Shown here piece after piece: positions 1 to 6,654 of a stretch of DNA of 30,163 nucleotides; within the stretch, counting starts at the first letter, position 1; each line of letters starts with the position of its first letter. The position numbers and the translations under genes are program-made. The notes below the pieces were generated by a model. That model saw nothing but the letters and a program-made list of their open reading frames with translations, was not told where the DNA came from and made no database searches. The stretch lies in IMG/VR virus record IMGVR_UViG_3300044724_004351, positions 1 to 30,163 of that record. The stretch is one strand, 5' to 3'. Origin of the DNA: a virus (Duplodnaviria > Caudoviricetes).

Positions 1-257
1 CTCTTACTCTCATGTGCTCTACTTTCTCTTGCCTGAATCACAGGAGATAGATTGACGGCACACATTCTTCCAGGTTTAGTAATCCGCAGAACTTGTTCAA
101 ATACATTAGTAAGAAACTGCAAATACTTATCATAAGTGGGCCAAATAGAATAAGACCTTGCATTATAATATGGAGGAGACGTGCAAGTAAGATGCACAGT
201 CTCATCATCAATTGTTTTGAGAACTTCTTGACAGTCTCCTAGTAAAATTTTATTCAT
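1..257 (-). CDS. DNA methyltransferase (N4-cytosine/N6-adenine, beta-class order), partial, runs off the window edge
   Basis: Not in the ORF track. Manual translation from ATG at 257: MNKILLGDCQEVLKTIDDETVHLTCTSPPYYNARSYSIWPTYDKYLQFLTNVFEQVLRITKPGRMCAVNLSPV... It has the GDC start, catalytic motif IV SPPY and R.TKPG. The ATG overlaps the upstream TGA (ATGA). Confidence 0.92.
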   Translation of the reverse strand, partial: MNKILLGDCQEVLKTIDDETVHLTCTSPPYYNARSYSIWPTYDKYLQFLTNVFEQVLRITKPGRMCAVNLSPVIQARESRAHESK

Positions 258-673
258 CCAATATTGCGAGCAGAAGATTTATTAGAGTTGCAGTCACCAT
301 TTTCAAGTGACTTTCTACCATGACAAAGTTTGCAGAAAGTCTTCACATTACTTGGAACATTATTATAGTGGTTTCCATCAAGATGGTCAAGGTCAAGAGA
401 GTTTTGGAAACCAATCCAACCATCACGAGGAACAGGACACTTGAATCCAAGTTGTCCGTCATGGTTTTCACAGTGGTCTTTCTTGTGAATATTTACGCCA
501 GGAATAGTTTTTCCTTTTTTACGAGCATTAGTGCAACGAGAACATTCAGATTTGAAGCTCCAATACTTCCATTCACGAACAAGAACCTTATTATCACATC
601 CATCATTCACACAGGTGGGGAGTTCATGTCCTTCGGCAAAGAACTTTGCCTTCATGGTCTGGGAGAGGGTCAC
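254..673 (-). CDS. HNH endonuclease with Cys-rich zinc sites (free-standing homing-endonuclease-like)
   Basis: LDLDHLDGNHYNNVPSNVKTFCKLCHGRK is an HNH beta-beta-alpha-Me motif; extra CxxxxC/CxxC pairs. Start is GTG 673 or ATG 655. Confidence 0.85.
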   Translation of the reverse strand: MTLSQTMKAKFFAEGHELPTCVNDGCDNKVLVREWKYWSFKSECSRCTNARKKGKTIPGVNIHKKDHCENHDGQLGFKCPVPRDGWIGFQNSLDLDHLDGNHYNNVPSNVKTFCKLCHGRKSLENGDCNSNKSSARNIG

Positions 674-694
674 TGGTTTGATTCGTATAAGGTC

Positions 695-703
695 ATTATA
701 GCA
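695..703 (-). promoter_or_regulatory. Extended -10 promoter (TGCTATAAT) for the HNH-methyltransferase pair
   Basis: Minus-strand TGCTATAAT directly after the psbA terminator U-tract and 21 nt before the GTG. The same 9-mer recurs at 26798-26806. Confidence 0.6.
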
Positions 704-704
704 T

Positions 705-733
705 AAAAAAAGAGACCCGTGAAGGTCTCTTTC
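705..733 (-). terminator. Rho-independent terminator of psbA
   Basis: Minus strand AGAGACC-TTCACG-GGTCTCT followed by a T run, just after the psbA stop. Confidence 0.85.
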
Positions 734-758
734 TTGTTATTCAGTTTTTCTAACTAAC

Positions 759-1835
759 TCAACCGACAGATGGTGCAACTAGGGCCACAGGTGTGGAGCT
801 AGTTGACGCAAGATCGAGCGGGAAGTTGTGAGCGTTACGTTCGTGCATGACTTCCATTCCGAGACCTGCTCGGTTGAGGATGTCTGCCCAGGTGTTAACG
901 ACGTGTCCATCGGAGGACTGGATTGATTGGTTGAAGTTGAATCCATTGAGGTTAAATGCCATGGTGCTTACGCCCAATGCAGTGAACCAGATTCCTACAA
1001 CCGGCCATGCGGCAAGGAAGAAGTGCAGTGAACGTGAGTTGTTGAATGAAGCGTATTGGAAGATCAAACGACCGAAGTAACCATGAGCGGCTACGATGTT
1101 GTATGTCTCTTCTTCTTGTCCGAACTTGTAACCGTAGTTTTGGGACTCGGTTTCAGTCGTCTCTCTAACGAGAGAAGAAGTAACCAAGCTTCCGTGCATA
1201 GCACTAAACAAACTGCCACCAAATACCCCAGCAACGCCGAGCATATGGAAGGGATGCATGAGAATATTATGCTCAGCTTGGAAGACCAACATGTAGTTGA
1301 AGGTTCCTGAGATTCCGAGGGGCATTGCATCTGAGAAAGATCCTTGACCGAAAGGATAGACTAGGAATACTGCACTCGCAGCAGCAACTGGTGCAGAGTA
1401 TGCAACACAGATCCATGGACGCATACCTAGACGGTAAGAAAGTTCCCACTCACGTCCCATATATGCATAGATGCCGATAAGGAAGTGGAAGACTACCAGT
1501 TGGAAAGGACCACCATTGTAAAGCCATTCATCCAAAGATGCTGCTTCCCAGATGGGGTAGAAGTGAAGACCAATTGCATTTGAACTTGGGACAACTGCAC
1601 CAGAAATGATGTTGTTGCCATACATGAGTGAACCAGAAACAGGTTCACGAATGCCATCAATGTCCACTGGTGGTGCTGCGATGAATGCAACAATGAAGCA
1701 GGTAGTTGCTGCAAGCAGTGTTGGGATCATCAGTACACCGAACCAACCGACATAAAGACGATTATTTGTTGAAGTTACCCACTCACAGAAATTCTGCCAT
1801 GGGGTTGATTGTTGCCTTGAAAGAGTTGTAGCCAT
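759..1835 (-). CDS. psbA: Photosystem II reaction centre protein D1, intronless, Glu130 form
   Basis: [70 protein letters not shown] and [16 protein letters not shown], plus a C-terminal extension. Confidence 0.99.
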   Translation of the reverse strand: MATTLSRQQSTPWQNFCEWVTSTNNRLYVGWFGVLMIPTLLAATTCFIVAFIAAPPVDIDGIREPVSGSLMYGNNIISGAVVPSSNAIGLHFYPIWEAASLDEWLYNGGPFQLVVFHFLIGIYAYMGREWELSYRLGMRPWICVAYSAPVAAASAVFLVYPFGQGSFSDAMPLGISGTFNYMLVFQAEHNILMHPFHMLGVAGVFGGSLFSAMHGSLVTSSLVRETTETESQNYGYKFGQEEETYNIVAAHGYFGRLIFQYASFNNSRSLHFFLAAWPVVGIWFTALGVSTMAFNLNGFNFNQSIQSSDGHVVNTWADILNRAGLGMEVMHERNAHNFPLDLASTSSTPVALVAPSVG

Positions 1836-1845
1836 TGCAATTTAA

Positions 1846-1955
1846 AAAGAAAGTAAGACCATCAGGGAATGGTGGAGTTACTATTTCCCAGACACCCTAA
1901 GTCTGGGATATGAAAGACTGTTGTTTAGACACGCTGTTTAGTCTTGGTAAGGCGT
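1846..1955 (-). ncRNA. Structured psbA 5' leader, PhotoRC-II-like cis-regulatory RNA
   Basis: Three stems: AAGACT..AGTCTT (1914-1945), TCCCAGAC-TTAGGGT-GTCTGGGA (1886-1908) and ACCAT-TCCCTG-ATGGT (1858-1873). The position upstream of cyanophage psbA matches the PhotoRC-II motif; the name is from recall, not a covariance search. Confidence 0.7.
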
Positions 1956-1973
1956 GTTACAAAAAGTAAAGAA
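1956..1973. promoter_or_regulatory. HLR1-like (RpaB) direct repeat
   Basis: GTTACAAA-AA-GTAAAGAA fits the (G/T)TTACA(T/A)(T/A)-N2 repeat pattern, between the psbA promoter and leader. Confidence 0.5.
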
Positions 1974-2000
1974 ATGTGTTGATTCCTTAACTTGCCGATG

Positions 2001-2034
2001 TATTTATTCTAGCAGTGAGTCGGTAATCCGTCAA
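2001..2034 (-). promoter_or_regulatory. psbA promoter: sigma70-type TTGACG-N17-TAGAAT overlapping a late-type ATAAATA
   Basis: -35 at 2029-2034, -10 at 2006-2011, exact 17-nt spacer with extended TG; ATAAATA at 2001-2007. Confidence 0.8.
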
Positions 2035-2062
2035 GCTCCTAAAGATGAGTATTTGTGCTCAT

Positions 2063-2236
2063 TCAGTAGGAGTGGTCTTCCGAACTGAAAGTATTATAGC
2101 ATGGTTGGATGTCCCAGTCCACCCAGTTGACCTCTCTTTTTGCAATCAGTTGTTCCAGTTCTTCAACTGTCATACAAACCTTGACAGGTCTATTGGTTTT
2201 CTTCTCGTAGATGTGAAACATTTGTGTGTCAATCAT
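2063..2236 (-). CDS. Small hypothetical cyanophage protein (57 aa)
   Basis: MIDTQMFHIYEKKTNRPVKVCMTVEELEQLI...; co-oriented and fills the gap upstream of psbA. ATG start preferred over TTG at 2254. Confidence 0.7.
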   Translation of the reverse strand: MIDTQMFHIYEKKTNRPVKVCMTVEELEQLIAKREVNWVDWDIQPCYNTFSSEDHSY

Positions 2237-2255
2237 GAATTTATTTGTAAACAAT

Positions 2256-2293
2256 AAAAAAAGAGACCTTCTGTTAGTTGGCAGAGGTCTCTT
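2256..2293 (-). terminator. Rho-independent terminator, possibly the 3' end of a small RNA
   Basis: AAAGAGACCT-CTG-CCAACTAA-CAG-A-AGGTCTCTTT followed by a T run. Confidence 0.8.
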
Positions 2294-2336
2294 TGGTCGC
2301 GACGACGATATTCAATTGTTATTTAGTCAAGATGTA

Positions 2337-2420
2337 TCATGACATGATTGGGGAAAGAACAGACCAACTAAAAAGAGTTGTAGCAGATCCAATTAATAGA
2401 GTGGTCGTGGTGAAGTTCAT
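2337..2420 (-). CDS. Hydrophobic microprotein (27 aa)
   Basis: Manual translation MNFTTTTLLIGSATTLFSWSVLSPIMS*, downstream of a TGCTATATAAT element at 2441-2451. Confidence 0.5.
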   Translation of the reverse strand: MNFTTTTLLIGSATTLFSWSVLSPIMS

Positions 2421-2455
2421 TGATTTTCATCAGAGGACATATTATATAGCATTAG

Positions 2456-2486
2456 TTTTGTATCATAGTGATACAAAACTGTATCA
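2456..2486. promoter_or_regulatory. Overlapping palindromic operator built from three TGATACA half-sites
   Basis: TTTTGTATCA-TAG-TGATACAAAA (2456-2478) and TGATACA-AAAC-TGTATCA (2469-2486), both perfect inverted repeats. Confidence 0.6.
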
Positions 2487-2490
2487 TTTT

Positions 2491-2571
2491 TTACTCTTCA
2501 CCAGATTGTGTTAGCAAAGCCGCACCTGCAAAGGTACTAATAAGGATTAATGCTATTGCTAAAAGTGCCAT
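2491..2571 (-). CDS. Single-transmembrane microprotein (26 aa)
   Basis: Manual translation MALLAIALILISTFAGAALLTQSGEE*, preceded by a late-type ATAAATA at 2593-2599. Confidence 0.6.
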   Translation of the reverse strand: MALLAIALILISTFAGAALLTQSGEE

Positions 2572-2601
2572 TATAGGGTAGCGGAGAACAAGTATTTATG
2601 C

Positions 2602-2721
2602 TTACCAGATGCCAGGGATGACTTGTCCTGTCAGCATATACGAACCGACTGCTGCTACGAAACCGAGCATAGCCAGACGTGCGTTGAGGATCTCTGCCTC
2701 AGGGGTAAATCCAAATTTCAT
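2602..2721 (-). CDS. hli: High-light inducible protein (39 aa)
   Basis: Not in the ORF track. MKFGFTPEAEILNARLAMLGFVAAVGSYMLTGQVIPGIW carries the AExxNxRxAMxGF chlorophyll-binding motif and TGQxIPG tail. Confidence 0.96.
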   Translation of the reverse strand: MKFGFTPEAEILNARLAMLGFVAAVGSYMLTGQVIPGIW

Positions 2722-2723
2722 TT

Positions 2724-2867
2724 TTATTTCTCCAGTGTTTTGTTTGTGATAATTATTTTCTCACCATCGTGGGTGAATTGTAGCTCGTCGTCTGGATGCC
2801 ACAGAAGTTCTTTATACATGTCATCCAGTTTCTGCATATCTTTATACAGGTGGTTTGGGTTCGGCAT
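2724..2867 (-). CDS. Small hypothetical cyanophage protein (47 aa)
   Basis: Manual translation MPNPNHLYKDMQKLDDMYKELLWHPDDELQFTHDGEKIIITNKTLEK*; fills the gap up to the hli start. Confidence 0.7.
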   Translation of the reverse strand: MPNPNHLYKDMQKLDDMYKELLWHPDDELQFTHDGEKIIITNKTLEK

Positions 2868-3129
2868 CTTTTAAATGATGTGGTAAATGTTCTCTATCCA
2901 TGGGTTGAGACTTGGTGTCATCATTTCTAGATAGATTTTTGAGTACGATAAACGCATCCTTATTATATTTACGCACACCATACTGAGTTGCCCACTTTTT
3001 GTTGTAATTCTCACCTTGGTGGATGCCAGAAACTACTGTGCCACCAATTTCAATTACGATATTGTCATGTCTGACATCCCATCCAAGGGTGTCAATTGTA
3101 TTCCAAAGTTCATCTTGTGTAAGATTCAT
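2842..3129 (-). CDS. Hypothetical protein (95 aa) downstream of petF
   Basis: [40 protein letters not shown]...; ATG coupled to the petF stop (TGATG). Confidence 0.75.
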   Translation of the reverse strand: MNLTQDELWNTIDTLGWDVRHDNIVIEIGGTVVSGIHQGENYNKKWATQYGVRKYNKDAFIVLKNLSRNDDTKSQPMDREHLPHHLKDAEPKPPV

Positions 3130-3419
3130 CAGTAAAGGTTCTCTTCTTGGTCTGCCATAACAACACAATCGCTGGTGGGGTATGACACACAGGTCAAGAT
3201 GAAACCAGCATCAATTTGATCATCATCCAGGAAGGATTGATCGCTCTGATCTACAGTGCCGCTAACCAGTTTACCAGCACACGAGGAGCAGGCACCAGCA
3301 CGACACGAGTAGTTCATGTCAACACCTGCCTCTTCAGCAGCGTCAAGGATGTACTGATCATCTTCGCACTGAAAAGTAGTTTCGCCTTCAGCAGATTGAA
3401 CGGTGATAGTAAAAGCCAT
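3129..3419 (-). CDS. petF: Plant-type [2Fe-2S] ferredoxin
   Basis: [44 protein letters not shown]. Confidence 0.98.
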   Translation of the reverse strand: MAFTITVQSAEGETTFQCEDDQYILDAAEEAGVDMNYSCRAGACSSCAGKLVSGTVDQSDQSFLDDDQIDAGFILTCVSYPTSDCVVMADQEENLY

Positions 3420-3505
3420 TAGTAAGTTTCGCAGATTTTTTCAACGGATGCTGCCAGGAGAACGAACCAAGCAACGGATATGATTGTAAAGGAAAGTGCC
3501 ACCAT
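3419..3505 (-). CDS. Single-transmembrane microprotein (28 aa)
   Basis: Manual translation [28 protein letters not shown]; starts 2 nt after the hli stop and its TAA overlaps the petF ATG (TAATG). Confidence 0.7.
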   Translation of the reverse strand: MVALSFTIISVAWFVLLAASVEKICETY

Positions 3506-3507
3506 TG

Positions 3508-3717
3508 TCAAGCTACTCCAAAAAAGAGATTTCCAGTAAGAGCATATGATACAGCACCAGCGATGATTCCGAGCATCGCCCAGCGACCATTTGCTTTTTC
3601 TGCCTTCTCAGCATAAGGTTCAATACCATAACGCTCAAGATCTTCCTTCGTCATATACATAGAAGGTTCTTTGGCAAACATATTCATTTGACCAAACTCA
3701 TTTTTAGTAACAGTCAT
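3508..3717 (-). CDS. hli: High-light inducible protein (69 aa, long N-terminal form)
   Basis: MTVTKNEFGQMNMFAKEP...AEKANGRWAMLGIIAG...TG. The track's TTG start at 3771 is the -35 box, so the ATG at 3717 is preferred. Confidence 0.95.
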   Translation of the reverse strand: MTVTKNEFGQMNMFAKEPSMYMTKEDLERYGIEPYAEKAEKANGRWAMLGIIAGAVSYALTGNLFFGVA

Positions 3718-3742
3718 TTGTTTTGTAACGAAGTATGACAAT

Positions 3743-3771
3743 ATTATATAGGAAATGTAAAGGTTTGTCAA
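3743..3771 (-). promoter_or_regulatory. Consensus sigma70 promoter for the hli-petF operon
   Basis: TTGACA (3766-3771) - 17 nt - TATAAT (3743-3748). Confidence 0.9.
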
Positions 3772-3806
3772 TCTAAGAGTGTGCCAGTTTATCAGGTGAC
3801 CAAAAC

Positions 3807-3817
3807 ATAAATAAATA
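3807..3817 (+). promoter_or_regulatory. T4-type late promoter (tandem ATAAATA)
   Basis: ATAAATAAATA just upstream of the plus-strand three-gene operon. Confidence 0.65.
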
Positions 3818-3830
3818 TGGATCCAATTAA

Positions 3831-4328
3831 ATGGAAATCATGAGAAAATTAATTCCATTTGCAATGTTATTGATGGCGGCACCAGCACATGCCGATATTA
3901 CACATAAAATTTCGTCATCAGTTCAACTTTCAGTAGAAGGTCCAGCAGTACAGTCTACCAGAATTGGTTCTTCTTATTCTGTATCAGGAGATAACATCGC
4001 AGTTACTACTCTTGGTGGTCTTACTGGTAGTTCTGCAACTGCACCAGCAACTATTAACGCTGGTTCTTATGCAATCAATAACGATGGTCAGGCATTTAGT
4101 TTTTCAGAGAATCAATTAATTGGAGATACTGTAGTTACGACACAGACAGCATTGTCTTCTGGTCAGATTGATACTGCAAACCTCTATGGTAACACAACCA
4201 CACAGGTTGGTGGAACTGCTGGAGCACTTGCAGGAACTATTGACACTGCAGGAGCAGTTACTTTAACAGCTGGTGGGGCAGGAACTACAGCAACAGGACA
4301 ATTTGTTAGTGATATTACTGTAAGATAA
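3831..4328 (+). CDS. Exported Gly/Thr/Ala/Ser-rich beta-strand protein, function unknown
   Basis: Signal peptide MRKLIPFAMLLMAAPAHA|D (start 3831 or 3840); alternating beta-strand pattern in the mature part. Confidence 0.8.
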   Translation: MEIMRKLIPFAMLLMAAPAHADITHKISSSVQLSVEGPAVQSTRIGSSYSVSGDNIAVTTLGGLTGSSATAPATINAGSYAINNDGQAFSFSENQLIGDTVVTTQTALSSGQIDTANLYGNTTTQVGGTAGALAGTIDTAGAVTLTAGGAGTTATGQFVSDITVR

Positions 4329-4329
4329 A

Positions 4330-4782
4330 ATGGATCGTCTAAATGAATCTATCGCATTAGGATTTATTTTAGGAATAATTCATGGACTGCTTCAACCATC
4401 TGCAGCAGTCCCTGTTGTTCCTAATTTTTCTCAAGGTTCAATGACTAGTCATACAGAAACAAGAAGCACAGTAGTAGAAACAATTAATTCAATGGACTAT
4501 CAAACTGGGTGGCAATACTCAGTTACTGGAAATAATGTAAAAACAAATTCTCCATTATCTCCAAGTGGAGTGTCAGAACAAAATCAAACTATTAACGGGG
4601 TGACATCAAGATGGACAGGACTCAGAGCAACAGAGAGACCCAGTTGGGAAATCTATACTCAAGGAGGAGCATTTCAATTTACAGAAACTTATTCTGGTCC
4701 TGGATTGGTAAATCAAACAATCATTCAAAGAGAAACAACAGTAGAGTCAATAACAGACACAACTTCAATATTCCAGCAGTAA
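4330..4782 (+). CDS. Exported protein, function unknown
   Basis: Hydrophobic N-terminus then SAA|VPVVPNFSQGSMTSHTET; Thr-rich; starts 1 nt after the previous stop. Confidence 0.8.
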   Translation: MDRLNESIALGFILGIIHGLLQPSAAVPVVPNFSQGSMTSHTETRSTVVETINSMDYQTGWQYSVTGNNVKTNSPLSPSGVSEQNQTINGVTSRWTGLRATERPSWEIYTQGGAFQFTETYSGPGLVNQTIIQRETTVESITDTTSIFQQ

Positions 4783-5534
4783 CAGGAGCAATCGTAATTG
4801 GATTACTATCCCCGACTAAAACAATCGCTGAGACTGTGGGTGGTGTTAGCGCCACAGCTGCTCCTGTTGCTAATTCTTCAGGTAGTGTTACTAATCAAGC
4901 AATACAAGTTTTACAAGGTCCATACATCACAAACACTTACGGTGGTGGGATCCAGTGTCAGGGACCTACTCTAAACATTACACCATATGTTACTGGTGCT
5001 GCATCAGCACAGAAACCATACGAACCATATTATTATGATCCAGTTTATGATGTCACAGATAATTTTGGTGCCTTTGATGATGATGGCAGACCAATGGGTG
5101 ATGGAATTTTAGATAATCCAGGAGATATTATTTTTAGAAAAAAAGTAAGGACAGGACAAAAGGATACATACAATCTTTCATTGGGTGTGAGTGCCACCTG
5201 GAGCATCCCACAAGACAAGAAACTACAAGATCAGTGTAAAGAGGCAGCAGCAACTCAAATTGCCTTACAGAAGCAACTGACCGCAAATAAGAGACTTGAT
5301 TTTGAAATTGCCAGACTTAAAAATTGTGGTGAATTAATAAAGCAAGGAATTAGTTTTCATCCTCGCAGTCCTTACTATAAAATCTGTGCTGATATTGTAG
5401 TTCAAAATGTGACAGAGATTAAACCACATAGACACACTATTCCCTCCCCTTCAAAACCCTCACAGCGTGTGAGTAAGAACGCTGTAGATCTTGGCGTTCC
5501 TTTACAGATAAAATCTCAGGTTCTTTACCCCTGA
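4611..5534 (+). CDS. Exported or membrane-anchored protein with paired cysteines, start codon uncertain
   Basis: Signal-like AIVIGLLSPTKTIA|ETVGGVSATA; four Cys; coiled segment EAAATQIALQKQLTANKRLDFEIARLKNC. The only upstream ATG gives a 172-nt overlap with the previous gene. Confidence 0.75.
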   Translation: MDRTQSNRETQLGNLYSRRSISIYRNLFWSWIGKSNNHSKRNNSRVNNRHNFNIPAVTGAIVIGLLSPTKTIAETVGGVSATAAPVANSSGSVTNQAIQVLQGPYITNTYGGGIQCQGPTLNITPYVTGAASAQKPYEPYYYDPVYDVTDNFGAFDDDGRPMGDGILDNPGDIIFRKKVRTGQKDTYNLSLGVSATWSIPQDKKLQDQCKEAAATQIALQKQLTANKRLDFEIARLKNCGELIKQGISFHPRSPYYKICADIVVQNVTEIKPHRHTIPSPSKPSQRVSKNAVDLGVPLQIKSQVLYP

Positions 5535-6216
5535 TTTTAGAAATCTTTTTAAGTATTTTTTTAATTGCTGGGTTCAATACTTTTAAAAGTAAATCAGCAA
5601 GTGGTTTTGCCATTAATGCTGAAGTAGTTGCAACAACTGCAATAGTAGATGTCGTGATAATCATACCAGCATTAGGTATGTTATTGATTATTTGTTGAGG
5701 TATATCAAGACTTTTAGTAACTTCAATACATTCTTTTCCAACCAATTCATATCCTACAATCTTTTTATTTCCTTGTAATATTGTTCCTATAGGATTTTTT
5801 AACTCCTGTACTCTAGTAGGACAACTAGGTTGTATAACAGAAGGTATAGGTTTTGATATTTCTTTAGGTATATCTAATTTTGGAGGTTTGGTTTCTGGAG
5901 TTCTCGTTTGTATAGGTGCAGGTGCAGTTGGTATTACCTGTTCAGGTTCAAAATTAATAGGATTAAAACTGGGATAGCCAGAGTCACAAAACGTAAGAGT
6001 ACCTCTTTTGTCATCTGTAATTAGATTGTCGTTTTTAGGGTTGTTAGTTTCATGAGCTTCTACACAACCAGGTACATCTACAATAGGAGCTCCAATATAC
6101 ACAGTTACTGGAGAAGCATTAGGAATTACTGACTGATTGAATGACCAGTCAGTAATTTTTGGTATGTCTAAGGATCTAATACTAATATTATTAGTATTGA
6201 TTTCGGGAATTTCCAT
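5437..6216 (-). CDS. Pro-rich protein with C-terminal membrane anchor and basic tail
   Basis: Four Cys, Pro-rich linker, hydrophobic MIITTSTIAVVATTSALMA followed by a Lys-rich amphipathic helix. Confidence 0.8.
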   Translation of the reverse strand: MEIPEINTNNISIRSLDIPKITDWSFNQSVIPNASPVTVYIGAPIVDVPGCVEAHETNNPKNDNLITDDKRGTLTFCDSGYPSFNPINFEPEQVIPTAPAPIQTRTPETKPPKLDIPKEISKPIPSVIQPSCPTRVQELKNPIGTILQGNKKIVGYELVGKECIEVTKSLDIPQQIINNIPNAGMIITTSTIAVVATTSALMAKPLADLLLKVLNPAIKKILKKISKIRGKEPEILSVKERQDLQRSYSHAVRVLKGRE

Positions 6217-6338
6217 CAGTCACGGAAAAAATTTACCACAGCAGTCCAGGCAGAATGAAAAGCAACGTATAGAAAAAACTTATCAACAGCATCTCTATTT
6301 GTGCTGATTGCTCTTTTTTTATATCCAGTAGAAGGCAT
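6216..6338 (-). CDS. Small protein (40 aa) with hydrophobic C-terminal half
   Basis: Manual translation MPSTGYKKRAISTNRDAVDKFFLYVAFHSAWTAVVNFFRD*; TGATG coupling to the next gene; TAAATA at 6359-6364. Confidence 0.65.
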   Translation of the reverse strand: MPSTGYKKRAISTNRDAVDKFFLYVAFHSAWTAVVNFFRD

Positions 6339-6372
6339 ATGTTTTCATCTCATCTGATATATTTAATTAATT

Positions 6373-6654
6373 TTAAAAAGGAATGACTCCTCCAGTAACA
6401 TTAGGCACAGAATTTTGTGAGGATTCGTTAACAATACCTCCAGTCATACTAGGTATCTCAGGCATTTCTGGCATCAATCCACCAACAATTCCAGGAACAG
6501 CATCCATAACTGCTTTTTTTACTTCTTCAGTTGCTTTTTCTCTTGCTTCTTCAACAAGAGTGTCAACGTTTTTATACAAATAAAATGCTCCACCCAAGAC
6601 TGATAAGGATACCAGTCCTGATAGTAAAGAAACAACATTAATTAATTTTTGCAT
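6373..6654 (-). CDS. N-terminally anchored membrane protein with helical and Pro-rich C-terminus
   Basis: TM segment LINVVSLLSGLVSLSVLGGAFYLY, charged helix, PEMPEIP tail. Confidence 0.8.
   Translation of the reverse strand: MQKLINVVSLLSGLVSLSVLGGAFYLYKNVDTLVEEAREKATEEVKKAVMDAVPGIVGGLMPEMPEIPSMTGGIVNESSQNSVPNVTGGVIPF

Noticed and set aside
320-1714. ORFs 320..706, 847..1080, 1056..1310, 1091..1330 and 1493..1714
   Set aside because: Antisense or alternate-frame shadows of the HNH gene and psbA, with no motifs.
759-1835. Group I intron in psbA
   Set aside because: The reading frame is continuous and full length.
2460-2474. NtcA box
   Set aside because: GTA-N9-TAC rather than GTA-N8-TAC, and too close to the -10 element for a class II activated promoter.
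2724-2867. NblA-like identity for the 47-aa ORF
   Set aside because: Right size and context but lacks the LSLEQ.F-type signature; unsupported without a profile search.
2045-3422. Plus-strand ORFs 2045..2257, 2278..2514, 2623..2874 and 3216..3422
   Set aside because: They lie opposite better-supported minus-strand genes (hli, petF, microproteins) and regulatory elements.
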